DNA of 36,535 bases, taken from the sequence record SRR20825006_567. The stretch is one strand, 5' to 3'. The position numbers and the translations under genes were made by a program. A model generated the notes under the pieces. It was not told where the DNA came from. It worked only from the letters and a program-made list of their open reading frames with translations, and ran no database searches. Positions 26,654 through 35,929 of the stretch are shown in pieces. Position 1 is the first letter of the stretch, and each line of letters opens with the position of its first letter.

Positions 26654-27802
26654 ATGAAAGCAGTTGTATGTCATCACGGTGAATTTGAGGTTCAGGACGT
26701 GGCAGATCCGGAGCCCGGCAAAGGCCAGATTTTGCTTAACGTGTTGCGCTGCGGTATTTGCGGATCGGACCTGCATGCTCGTCACCATGCTGATGAGCTG
26801 GCAGAGGCCACAGAGCGCGTTGGTTACCCGCATATCATGCGCAGCCACGAGCATGTGGTGCTGGGGCATGAGTTTGTGGGTGAGATTGCGGATTACGGTC
26901 CCAAGACCCATCGCCGCTGGAAGGGTGGGCGGCGCATTGTGGCCATGCCGATGCGGCGGGGCAATGGTGTTGCGCACCTGACCGGGCTATCCACGGCGGC
27001 ACCGGGTGCCTATGCCGAGCAGGTGGTGGTGGAAGAGTCTTTGGCCTTTCCTGTGACTAACGGTATTTCCGATGATCATGCGGCGCTCACCGAGCCCATG
27101 GCGGTGTCTCTACATGCCGTGAATCGCTCCGGGATCGGCCGTCGGGACACGGCTATTGTGATTGGCTGTGGGCCGATTGGTTTGGGTGTTATCGCCATGC
27201 TCAAGGCAAAAGGCGTTCGCCACATTGTTGCCAGCGATTATTCACCGACACGACGCAAGCTCGCCACGGCTATGGGGGCGCATGTGGTAGTGGATCCCTC
27301 TCAGGGGAGCCCCTATGAGGGCCTGGAGAAACGTGGCTTTGTGGTCAATGCTCCGCAGCTGTTCGACATGGCGCTGGATGGCATGTCCATGTTGCGCATG
27401 ACGCCATTTCCCTGGGAGCCCCTGTGGCGGGCGGCGGAAGTGGCCGGAGCCACCGAGCCCAAACGCCCGGTGATTTTTGAATGCGTGGGCGTTCCGGGTG
27501 TCATTAACAGCATCATTGCCGAGGCACCGCTACGCTCCTGTGTCGTGGTGGTGGGTGTGTGCATGAAGACCGACAACTTTGTGCCAGTGAATGCGATCAA
27601 CAAGGAAATTGACCTGCGTTTTGTGCTGGGCTACATGCCCATCGAATTCCGTGATGCCCTGCATATGATTGCGGAAGGCAAGGTTAATGTGGACCCGTTG
27701 ATTACCGGGACCGTGGGGTTGAGTGGGGTGGACGAGGCGTTCACTGCGCTGGGTGATCCAGAGCTGCATGCCAAGATTCTGATTGATCCTCGCCAGCCTT
27801 AA
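26654..27802 (+). CDS. Zinc-binding (MDR) alcohol dehydrogenase family protein
   Basis: CGICGSDLH, VLGHEFVG, LTEPMAV, GCGPIG; start ATG 26654. Confidence 0.88.
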   Translation: MKAVVCHHGEFEVQDVADPEPGKGQILLNVLRCGICGSDLHARHHADELAEATERVGYPHIMRSHEHVVLGHEFVGEIADYGPKTHRRWKGGRRIVAMPMRRGNGVAHLTGLSTAAPGAYAEQVVVEESLAFPVTNGISDDHAALTEPMAVSLHAVNRSGIGRRDTAIVIGCGPIGLGVIAMLKAKGVRHIVASDYSPTRRKLATAMGAHVVVDPSQGSPYEGLEKRGFVVNAPQLFDMALDGMSMLRMTPFPWEPLWRAAEVAGATEPKRPVIFECVGVPGVINSIIAEAPLRSCVVVVGVCMKTDNFVPVNAINKEIDLRFVLGYMPIEFRDALHMIAEGKVNVDPLITGTVGLSGVDEAFTALGDPELHAKILIDPRQP

Positions 27803-27888
27803 TTAAGGTAAAGAGCATTTTTACGCAACAGTGCCGGGGGCGATTGCCCCCATGCTGGCTGTTAGGTCATTTCTGCTTTTGGGCGGCG

Positions 27889-29490
27889 CTAGCCAATCCG
27901 CGACTGCCCGCGAATCATATCCACTGCCTTCTCGGCAATCATCATCACTGGTGCATTGGTGTTGCCGCCAATCAGCGTGGGCATGATGGAGGCGTCGATG
28001 ACGCGCAGGCCTTCGATGCCGTGAACCCGTAGCTGTGGATCTACCACGGCCGCTTCATCGGTGCCCATCTTGCAGGAACCCACCGGGTGGTAAACGGTGT
28101 CGGTGCGTTGCCGGATGACCTCGCGGATTTCTTCATCGCTGTTCACGTTTTCGGTGAACATGTCTTTTTTCATCCAGCGCTTGAGTGACGGGGCTTCCAT
28201 GATATCCCTGGTCATCTTGTAGCCGGCGACCATGTCTCCCAGGTCTTGCGGGTCGTCCAGAAATGCCGGGTCGATGAGCGGCAGATCGTCCGGATTGGCG
28301 CTGGCCAGTTGCACGCTGCCACGGCTGCGCGGGCGTAACAGGCAGACATGGCAGGAGTAGCCCTGGGTGTAGTGTTTTTTGCGGCCGTGATCGTCCACCA
28401 GGGCGGTAACCATGTGCAGCTGCAGATCCGGCGCGGAGAGCGTCGGTTGTGTTTTCAGAAAGGCGCCGGCTTCCGCAAAGTTGGAGGTCCACAGTCCACG
28501 CCGTTCCTTGCGGTAGGTGCGCATGGCCATCAGGGCTCGCCACATGCCCCCTGGTGAGAGGCCAAAGGTGGCAGTACTGTCGGTGGTGTAACCGAAAATG
28601 AAGTCCGGGTGATCCTGCAGGTTCTTGCCGACGCCGGGCAGGTGGTGCACCACGGGGATGCCATGTTGTTTGAGTTCGTGGGAATCGCCCACTCCGGAAA
28701 GCATCAGCAGCTGGGGGGACTGGAAGGCACCGGCGGATAGCAGCACTTCCTTGCGAGCCCGAACACTGCGAAGCTGTTTGCCCTGCTTGAATTCCACACC
28801 GACGGCGCGTTTGCCCTCGAACACAATGCGCTGGACCTGGGCCAGGGTTTCCACGGTCAGGTTGCTGCGATCCAGATGGGGGAACAAGTAGGCCCGGGCG
28901 CTGCTCCAGCGTTCGCCATTTTTCTGGGTGACCTGATAGACCCCGGCGCCTTCCTGCTCGGCGCCGTTGAAGTCATCGGTAATGGGAATGTTGCACTCTC
29001 TGGCCGCATCCAGAAAGTAGTTCTGGAAAGGGTTGCCGGTACGGCTGTCGCTTACCCAGAGCGGCCCATCGGTGCCGTGGTACTCGTTGTCGATGCGTTC
29101 ATTGTGCTCATTAAGCCGGAAGTAGGGCAGCACATCGTCATAGGACCAGCCGTCATTACCCAATGCGGCCCAGTGGTCGTAATCCTCGCGGTGGCCGCGG
29201 ATATAAACCATGGCGTTGATCGCTGATGAGCCGCCCAGGCATTTTCCTCGAGGCTGAAAGCCTTGCCGGCCGTTCAATCCTTTCTGTGGCACGGTTTCCA
29301 TGACCCAGTTATTGACGGGCTTGGCGAGCATGGCCACGGCGCCGGAGGGGACATTGACCAACAAGCCGTCCCCCTGGCCGCCGGCTTCCAGCAAGCAGAC
29401 GCGGGTGTCCGGGTTTTCGCTCAGCCGGCCAGCCAGGGCGCACCCTGCGGAACCGCCGCCGATAATGAGATAATCGAATTCGTTTTCCAC
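27889..29490 (-). CDS. GMC family oxidoreductase (AlkJ-like alcohol dehydrogenase / choline dehydrogenase family)
   Basis: GGGSAG FAD motif; PRGKCLGGSSAINAMVYIRG; SPQLLMLSGVG; YHPVGSCKMG; GGNTNAP; likely GTG start at 29490. Confidence 0.9.
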   Translation of the reverse strand: MENEFDYLIIGGGSAGCALAGRLSENPDTRVCLLEAGGQGDGLLVNVPSGAVAMLAKPVNNWVMETVPQKGLNGRQGFQPRGKCLGGSSAINAMVYIRGHREDYDHWAALGNDGWSYDDVLPYFRLNEHNERIDNEYHGTDGPLWVSDSRTGNPFQNYFLDAARECNIPITDDFNGAEQEGAGVYQVTQKNGERWSSARAYLFPHLDRSNLTVETLAQVQRIVFEGKRAVGVEFKQGKQLRSVRARKEVLLSAGAFQSPQLLMLSGVGDSHELKQHGIPVVHHLPGVGKNLQDHPDFIFGYTTDSTATFGLSPGGMWRALMAMRTYRKERRGLWTSNFAEAGAFLKTQPTLSAPDLQLHMVTALVDDHGRKKHYTQGYSCHVCLLRPRSRGSVQLASANPDDLPLIDPAFLDDPQDLGDMVAGYKMTRDIMEAPSLKRWMKKDMFTENVNSDEEIREVIRQRTDTVYHPVGSCKMGTDEAAVVDPQLRVHGIEGLRVIDASIMPTLIGGNTNAPVMMIAEKAVDMIRGQSRIG

Positions 29491-29729
29491 GATAGCTTCC
29501 CTTTTATTGTTTATTTTCGCGGTGCGGAACGACGACGGCACCGGGGTTGCCGGTTTGTCGCGGGCGTAAAGGCTTTGGCCAAGCGATATGGGGCGTCAGG
29601 TCCGCTTTATCACAATGCTTGCCAGCAGGTTAGCACTGGTTTTTTGTGGCAGTAAGTACTGTTTTTGTCAGCCCCGGACAGGTAGTTTGAGCCACCAGAA
29701 CAGGGTTTGTTGATGGCGGTGGAGTCATA

Positions 29730-30152
29730 ATGATTAATACCAAGATGCACAAGGCGGTTTACGGTCTGGCTGAGCAGCTGATGGAGGCTGACAGAAAAGG
29801 GCATAAAGACCATTTTGATTCGTTGTATGCCCAGCTGCAGGCGATTTGTGTCGACAACGAAAAAACCGATAAAGATCATCCTGAGCAATGGGAAACCCTG
29901 GCTGACTTCACTGAAGAGCTGGAAGTGGCGTTGAACCTGTACGAAAAGGCACTGGGCAAAGCCCGCGATATGAACGCGAAGGACTATCTCTCATCAATCG
30001 CGTTTTCCATGGCCACGCTGCAGGTAGAACTGGGTAAAACTGATGCGGCGATTCAGAGCCTGGCGGATGCCAAAGTCAGCGCGAACAAGATAGAAGATAA
30101 AGAGCTCAAGGCGGACATTGATGGATTACTGCAACGTTTGCAGGATTGTTAG
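29730..30152 (+). CDS. Tetratricopeptide-repeat-like helical protein
   Basis: DHPEQWETLADF...ALNLYEKAL...LGKTDAAIQSL helical repeats; GGAG RBS. Confidence 0.7.
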   Translation: MINTKMHKAVYGLAEQLMEADRKGHKDHFDSLYAQLQAICVDNEKTDKDHPEQWETLADFTEELEVALNLYEKALGKARDMNAKDYLSSIAFSMATLQVELGKTDAAIQSLADAKVSANKIEDKELKADIDGLLQRLQDC

Positions 30153-30200
30153 CATCAGATAATGGTCTGATCGTCTCAGTGGTGCGTCTGCTGAGGGTGG

Positions 30201-30230
30201 AAAACGCCGCGCTTATGCGCGGCGTTTTTT
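30201..30230. terminator. Bidirectional-type terminator overlapping the 3' end of the SDR gene
   Basis: AAAACGCCGCGC-TTAT-GCGCGGCGTTTTTT. Confidence 0.8.
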
Positions 30231-31187
30231 TGTATTGCCGTCAGTGTTGGCGACAGCCCCGGCCCGTACTTTGCTGGACACGTAATGAGTGGGCGGCTCT
30301 TCATAGAGGCTTTGGTAGCTGAAGTTGACGATGGACTCGGATGTTTTCGGCAACAGGTAATACATGGCCAGTGCTCCTTTTCCGAGCACGCCCAGTTTGC
30401 GTTTGTCCTGGGTGATGATCATGTCCAGCATCCAGTTCACGGCGGTTTCCGGTGACATGACCGGCATGTATTTATAGATCTTGGTCGGTGCAATCATGGG
30501 GGTGCGCACCAGTGGGTAGTTGAGTGATGAGAAGCGCACATTGGTGTGGGCGTACTCATTGGCGGCCACCCAGGTCCAGCCTTCCAGCGCCCACTTGGAC
30601 GCCAGGTAGGCGGAAAACCGTGCCGGGTTCGCTTGTACGCCTACAGTGGAGACGTTGATGATGTGGCCCTCGTCGCGCGCTTCCATACCGGGTAACAGGT
30701 TCATGGCCAGGCGGATGGATGCGAGATAGTTGAGCTGCATGGTCCGTTCATAATCGTGGAAGCGGCCCACGGTGAACTTGATGGAACGGCGAATGGAGCG
30801 CCCGGCATTGTTGATCAACACATCCACCCGGCCATGATCCTGCAAGGCCTGCTGACAGATGCGGTCGCACTCTTCCAGGTCGGACAGGTCGCCAGGGTAT
30901 ACGAATGCCTGGCCGTCTCGTTGATGAATGGCGCTGGCAATCGCCTCCAGCTTCTCTCTGTTGCGGGCCACCAGCAGTACCGTAGCGCCGGCATCGGCCA
31001 ACTTGTCGGCGACCAGCGCACCAATGCCGGAACTGGCGCCGGTGAGCAGAATGACCTTGCCGTTGACCCGTTGCTGCAATGCTTTGCCGGGCGCAACAGC
31101 ACGTTTGAGGTGCCAGGCCCAGTGATCCCGCAGCCGGTTTACATAAGGCAGGACTTTTGGGGTTCTGAATTTCACGGCATTGGACAT
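30213..31187 (-). CDS. SDR oxidoreductase, Acr1-like fatty acyl-CoA reductase
   Basis: TGASSGIG; NNAGRSIRRSI; RFHDYERTMQLNY; FSAYLASK; PLVRTPMIAPTKIY are typical of the Acinetobacter Acr1 subfamily. Confidence 0.85.
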   Translation of the reverse strand: MSNAVKFRTPKVLPYVNRLRDHWAWHLKRAVAPGKALQQRVNGKVILLTGASSGIGALVADKLADAGATVLLVARNREKLEAIASAIHQRDGQAFVYPGDLSDLEECDRICQQALQDHGRVDVLINNAGRSIRRSIKFTVGRFHDYERTMQLNYLASIRLAMNLLPGMEARDEGHIINVSTVGVQANPARFSAYLASKWALEGWTWVAANEYAHTNVRFSSLNYPLVRTPMIAPTKIYKYMPVMSPETAVNWMLDMIITQDKRKLGVLGKGALAMYYLLPKTSESIVNFSYQSLYEEPPTHYVSSKVRAGAVANTDGNTKKRRA

Positions 31188-31292
31188 GGTGGACTCTCGG
31201 CTTGATGCATCAGGGTGACTAATGCATCCAGTGTAACCTGAGCATATACTCGGAAATACTCGGATTTATCCGTTGCAAAGGTGTTGGGTTTT

Positions 31293-31928
31293 ATGGGGCG
31301 GATTCGTTGGGATGTCTCTGATTTTACTGCCAAAAAGGAGCCGCGGCAGGCCCGCTCAAGGGCCTCGGTGCAGGCCATGGTGCAGGCATGTGCTCGGATT
31401 TTGGAAAGCCGGGGCTATGCTGGACTAAGCACCAATGCGATTGCGGAAGTGGCAGGGGTCAGCATCGGTTCGGTGTATGAATACTTTCCTGGCAAGGATG
31501 CCATTGTGGCGAGGTTGGTGCAGGAGATGGTGACAGAGGCCAGAGCCATGCTGGAAGGCCGGTTGGCGCTCACTGACAGTCGCAATGATTTAAACAGCGC
31601 CATGCGATATTTTCTGGGCGCGATTTACAGGCTAATGCGCAAGCATCGAGAGTTATTGCGTGTGTTGGTTTTTCAGGTGCCTTACTTGCACCAGCTGCCA
31701 GCCACTCGGCAGTTGGAAATCGAATTACAGCAGGTCTTGATGACAGGGCTGGATTATACGCGGGAACAGTACGCCTTGAGCGCCCAGCAGCATACTCTGT
31801 ACCTGATGACCACTTCGGTGGCCGGGACGCTGACGCACCTGGTGCTGGTGGCTCCGCCCGCCATGGACCCTGACGGGGTGCTGGATGCGTTGGCGGACAA
31901 AATGGCCGCTTGGCTGATTGAGGGGTAA
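31293..31928 (+). CDS. TetR/AcrR family regulator
   Basis: KEPRQARSRASV...STNAIAEVAGVSIGSVYEYFPGKDAI; start uncertain. Confidence 0.88.
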   Translation: MGRIRWDVSDFTAKKEPRQARSRASVQAMVQACARILESRGYAGLSTNAIAEVAGVSIGSVYEYFPGKDAIVARLVQEMVTEARAMLEGRLALTDSRNDLNSAMRYFLGAIYRLMRKHRELLRVLVFQVPYLHQLPATRQLEIELQQVLMTGLDYTREQYALSAQQHTLYLMTTSVAGTLTHLVLVAPPAMDPDGVLDALADKMAAWLIEG

Positions 31929-31997
31929 TGCATGGCAATGAGGGTGATGAGGAGAGTAACGTGCAACAAGGCGTGGCATTGAATGAGGAGTTCAAGG

Positions 31998-33899
31998 ATG
32001 GGGAACTGGAAATCTGTACCGTTGATGCTGGTGGCCACGCTGATTACCGGCCCCGTTACCGCTGAGATGGACTTCCCGGCCTGGACACAAAGCGATTGGC
32101 GTATTGAGGAGAATCGTGCCGCGCTCAATGCGCGGACCCCGGCGAGCATGCGTACGCCAGTCCTGATTCTCGGCGAGAACCGCCGCACTGCCTCGGAATC
32201 TGTGGTGATTTTGATTGATGCACCCTTTGAGTCGGTGCGTCCGGTGGTGGAACAAGTCTGGGAGAAACGAGGGTATGCGGTAGAAAAGGCGTCTCTGCCC
32301 TTGGCCGATTTGGTATCGCAATGGCAGCAGATCATGTTGGCAGCTCAGCCCGATTTGCGCTCCGCGCTGGTGGACGGTGTGTATGGGCCGGCTCTCGCGC
32401 AGGCAGTGAAAGAGGGCGCATTGACTGAAACCGAGCGACGTCAGCGTTTGCAGCGCCTTGCTGTTCGTACTCAAGCCACTGAAGACGCGTTGCTGCAGGT
32501 GCCGGTTTTTCGCAAGGAGGCGCAACGTTCACGTTTTTATCGCGAACAGCGCGTAGATGACGATGCCCGCTGGGTCGATGATTACAGCATTCTGGATTTG
32601 CGCTTGGTTATGGGCTTGCCGGTTACTGCCGTGACCGTTAAGCGTGAACATATACTTCGTGTGCCACGGCAGATACTCAGCGGGTTGGCGGACTCGCCGC
32701 AATTTTTCAAGCAAGGTCTGGTGCCCGGTGGTGACTTTCAGGCGACCTTGGCGGCGTTGACGCAAGCGCTGCCGGATGCCGCTCTGCGCCTGGCTGAATC
32801 GCCGGAAGTTTGGAAACCAGCGGTGCCGATGCCGCCTGAATTGCCCGCGCCGGATTGGCGTCACCCGCCGGAAAGCGCAGCGATAGAGCCAGCAGTTCGT
32901 TCGTTGCGCACCACGGATGCGCTGACCTTGCGCGCAGTGCACTCCTTGCCTGATGGCGCCTTGATTGTCGGCGTACAGCGGGAGGCGCGATTGAATGACG
33001 AGACCGTGATGATTGCCCAGCTTTGGCGACTGGTGCCAGAGGCGCCCACGCCGGAGGTACTTTGGCAGGGCCTGAGCGGCGCCGATGATCTACACGCAAA
33101 CCCGAAAGGTTCGCGGTTTTGGTTCACTGGTCAACCGCTAAATAGCGCGCAGACGGCACTGTTCCAGTACCAGCAGGGTGAAGGCGTCAGCGCGCTGGAT
33201 TTACCCGCCGAAGATCGCCAGCGACTGCCTTTTGCGCAGTGGTGGGTGAATGGCGACGATCCGGTAATCGCTGCGTATTCGGTGAGCAATTTGCGCCATT
33301 TAGAGGGTGGCATGTTGTCATCGCCACAGCCGGTGCCTCGCAAAGAGTGGTTTCCCAATGGCTTGCGGCTGCTCGCAGGCGGTGCTGCGCCCTGGGTAGA
33401 AGACGGTCAGGGCGTGGCAGAGTTGGATCCGGAGAGTGGGCGGGTCACGCGTTCGTTGCAGGTGCCCGCGCGACGGGACGGTCTGCCGGGTGCGTCACCA
33501 TGGCCAGGTCTGGATCCCCGTGCGATGAAAGGTAACTTTCCAGGCATCGTTTCCGCCAAGGGAAAATGGTTGGCTACAGCATTCAGCTTTGAAGAAAAAG
33601 ACGGAGGCCCTTTAGCAGGGGTGCATCTGTTCGACACGGATAAGAGCGAGCTGTTGTATTCAGCGGTGCTGCCTGGCGCTGGATCTGTGCGACTCACTGC
33701 TGCCTCGAGCGACGGCCGTTGGCTTGCGATCCATGGTGGCAATGGCCTCGTCTTCCTCTGGGATGTCCGGGGTAATTCCCCGCCGCTTCGCCTCAACGCT
33801 GACAGCGTTTATCTGGAAGACTTAACGTTCTCCAATGACAGTCGTTATCTCTATGGTGTGGGTAACGAGCATATTCTGACTTGGCAATGGCGTAATTAA
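31998..33899 (+). CDS. Secreted hypothetical protein with C-terminal beta-propeller/WD40-like repeats
   Basis: Signal-like N-terminus after GAGGAG; SAKGKWLAT, VHLFD, SSDGRWLAI, VFLWDV, LTFSNDSRYLY, ILTW. Confidence 0.7.
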   Translation: MGNWKSVPLMLVATLITGPVTAEMDFPAWTQSDWRIEENRAALNARTPASMRTPVLILGENRRTASESVVILIDAPFESVRPVVEQVWEKRGYAVEKASLPLADLVSQWQQIMLAAQPDLRSALVDGVYGPALAQAVKEGALTETERRQRLQRLAVRTQATEDALLQVPVFRKEAQRSRFYREQRVDDDARWVDDYSILDLRLVMGLPVTAVTVKREHILRVPRQILSGLADSPQFFKQGLVPGGDFQATLAALTQALPDAALRLAESPEVWKPAVPMPPELPAPDWRHPPESAAIEPAVRSLRTTDALTLRAVHSLPDGALIVGVQREARLNDETVMIAQLWRLVPEAPTPEVLWQGLSGADDLHANPKGSRFWFTGQPLNSAQTALFQYQQGEGVSALDLPAEDRQRLPFAQWWVNGDDPVIAAYSVSNLRHLEGGMLSSPQPVPRKEWFPNGLRLLAGGAAPWVEDGQGVAELDPESGRVTRSLQVPARRDGLPGASPWPGLDPRAMKGNFPGIVSAKGKWLATAFSFEEKDGGPLAGVHLFDTDKSELLYSAVLPGAGSVRLTAASSDGRWLAIHGGNGLVFLWDVRGNSPPLRLNADSVYLEDLTFSNDSRYLYGVGNEHILTWQWRN

Positions 33900-33973
33900 A
33901 GACTCAATAGGTGAAGTGTGGTTCACCCGGCATTGCGCCGTCTGCCATTGCTATAAATAAAACCGGGAGCCCG

Positions 33974-34447
33974 ATGAAGACAGTACTGATCCTCGTTGAT
34001 GTGCAGAATGTGTATTACACAACACGGCAAGCCTTTAATCGCCGCTTCGATTACAACCAATTCTGGTCCACAGTGACAGCAGAGGGCCAGGTGGTGAAAG
34101 CGATCGCGTATGCCATCGACCGGGGTGATAAAAAGCAGCGTGAATTCCAGAATATTCTTCGTGCTATCGGTTTTGAAGTGAAGCTAAAACCCTTTATCCA
34201 GCGCGCGGATGGCTCCGCCAAAGGGGATTGGGATGTGGGTATCGCCATTGATGCGCTGGAGTATGCTGCGCAGGTGGACAGCGTGGTGCTGGTCTCCGGG
34301 GACGGTGATTTCGATCTGCTGGTGGATAAGTTGCGAGTGGGCAAGGGCAAGCATGTGGATGTCTATGGCGTCGCGCCACTGACAGCGGATTCATTGGCCC
34401 GTGCGGCGAGCCGGTTTGTTCCCATTGAGGGAGACCTTTTGCTGTAA
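33974..34447 (+). CDS. NYN (LabA/DUF88, PIN-like) domain protein
   Basis: ILVDVQNVYY, KGDWDVGIAIDA, LVSGDGDF; GGGAG RBS before ATG 33974. Confidence 0.9.
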   Translation: MKTVLILVDVQNVYYTTRQAFNRRFDYNQFWSTVTAEGQVVKAIAYAIDRGDKKQREFQNILRAIGFEVKLKPFIQRADGSAKGDWDVGIAIDALEYAAQVDSVVLVSGDGDFDLLVDKLRVGKGKHVDVYGVAPLTADSLARAASRFVPIEGDLLL

Positions 34448-34535
34448 TCGCGTTTCGCCGTGGCAGTGTGGTTATCGGTGGTTGTCGCTTTACGCAATTT
34501 GCTACCCTGTGCCGTTAACGTGCCAGGAGACACCG

Positions 34536-34862
34536 ATGTCAGAAGCCGCCCTTGAAGTCTTGTCCGATATGATCACCGCCGCCCATACGCGGATCCAGCA
34601 GACCTATGAGCATATTAATCCAGTGGTCGGTGTGCGCCGTGGCATGCGTGATGTGGGTATTCCTGCCGATGCCATGACCATTGATTGTCTGCAGACCCGC
34701 GGGCGTATTGTTCTGATCCTGCACGACGAACAGCCCGGTGTGCTTCTTTACCAATTTGGCAGCATTGATGAGGATGCTGGCGAGGATTTTCAGCGAATGG
34801 ATCTGGCCGAGGTGAGTGGGGAGACGTTATTTACCTGGATGCAGGATTACTTCTCCGCCTGA
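34536..34862 (+). CDS. Conserved-looking hypothetical protein
   Basis: AGGAG RBS before ATG 34536; globular composition; fills the gap between neighbours. Confidence 0.65.
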   Translation: MSEAALEVLSDMITAAHTRIQQTYEHINPVVGVRRGMRDVGIPADAMTIDCLQTRGRIVLILHDEQPGVLLYQFGSIDEDAGEDFQRMDLAEVSGETLFTWMQDYFSA

Positions 34863-34897
34863 GTCAGCAGGCAGGCGTTGGGGCTGTTTTACCAGCG

Positions 34898-35266
34898 TCA
34901 GTGCTCTCCCAGCGTCAGAAAGGGCACCAGTGTCACCAGTATCAATACCGTGACGGCGATCAGCACACCCAGCGCGCGGCCGGGCTGATCGCGCAAGCGG
35001 CCACCCAGCGTTGGTGCGGTACCATCGCGCTGGGCTTCCTCGAACCGCTCCCTTTCCCGCCGGGTGCGTTGTTCCTGATAGTCTTCCATCAGTGCCTTGG
35101 CGCGCTCCCGGTCTGCCGGGTTGGTGAGCCAGATGCCTCCTGAGGAAATGCCCCACAAGCTCGGTGTGGTTTCGTAGAACGGGATCTGCTGTTCATCTAA
35201 CAAAGTGCGCACTTCCTCGGCCTCGTCGTCCGGTACCTGGCGCAAATTCAGCAGTAGTGTGGTCAT
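34898..35266 (-). CDS. DUF6164-like membrane-anchored protein
   Basis: LLLNLRQVPDDEAEEVRTLL...FYETTPSLWGISSGGIW; C-terminal TM helix. Confidence 0.75.
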   Translation of the reverse strand: MTTLLLNLRQVPDDEAEEVRTLLDEQQIPFYETTPSLWGISSGGIWLTNPADRERAKALMEDYQEQRTRRERERFEEAQRDGTAPTLGGRLRDQPGRALGVLIAVTVLILVTLVPFLTLGEH

Positions 35267-35364
35267 GGCGTATCACCGTTGGTCGGGCGTGGTCGTTGCT
35301 GTCTGTCTCGGTGACATTATCGCATTTTCCCGCGCGTTTTTGCTTTCTTCCTGTCAGAGGCTCC

Positions 35365-35865
35365 CTAGTACAGGATGAGGTGGCTGGCCCAGCCTCCGAT
35401 ATACAGGCCCACGCCGAACACGCCATGGTTAAGCAGACTTTGCAGCCTGGTCTTGTTCGGTGCCGGGGTGCGTGAGGCGGCGATGCCTGCACCCATGCCC
35501 GGCTGCATGAGCAGGAAAGGGGCTGCCACGGTGACCAGGCCGATCAGGATGGGTAGCCCGGCAGTAGGGTGCTCAATCCATGCCAGTCCTCCCGTGGCCA
35601 GTACCAGGCTCGCAAAGGCAATGCCGATCAAGTAGTGCGCCAACCATCCGCTGACGGTTTCTCCAGCTACCGGCGCGGATTGGGTGATCGGGTTGTGCCG
35701 GAATTGGCCGTGGCGCATATGCAGTATCCAGCGCCCGACCAGCCCGTAGTTGGGGGCGGCAATGGCGAAGGCCCGTTGACGTAGTACGCTCCAGCCATCC
35801 ATGACCAGAGTGGCGGTAATCCCGGTGATCAGGGCAGCGAGAAAACAGGTTGTAGTAGTGGCCAT
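35365..35865 (-). CDS. DUF2938 family membrane protein
   Basis: GITATLVMDGW; LVGRW; GWLAHYLIGIAFA; APFLLMQPGMGAGIAASRTP; SLLNHGVFGVGLY. Confidence 0.85.
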   Translation of the reverse strand: MATTTTCFLAALITGITATLVMDGWSVLRQRAFAIAAPNYGLVGRWILHMRHGQFRHNPITQSAPVAGETVSGWLAHYLIGIAFASLVLATGGLAWIEHPTAGLPILIGLVTVAAPFLLMQPGMGAGIAASRTPAPNKTRLQSLLNHGVFGVGLYIGGWASHLILY

Positions 35866-35894
35866 TTCGGGTGCCTCGTTGAGAGTGTGGTGGT

Positions 35895-35925
35895 AACGTA
35901 CTTCTTCAAGTCAACTTGAGGTCAA
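35895..35925 (-). promoter_or_regulatory. MerR-type promoter with a 19-bp spacer and a soxbox-like operator, driving the DUF2938 gene
   Basis: Minus strand TTGACC-N19-TACGTT; dyad CTTCAAGTCAACTTGAGG at 35904-35921. Confidence 0.85.
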
Positions 35926-35929
35926 GGCC

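Noticed and set aside
26491-26682. 63-aa ORF upstream of the Zn-dehydrogenase
   Set aside because: No RBS or recognisable motif, and it overlaps the start of the next gene
33974-34862. NYN protein plus downstream hypothetical as a toxin-antitoxin or defence pair
   Set aside because: The LabA/DUF88 family is widespread, the genes are 88 bp apart, and there is no antitoxin-like feature or defence context
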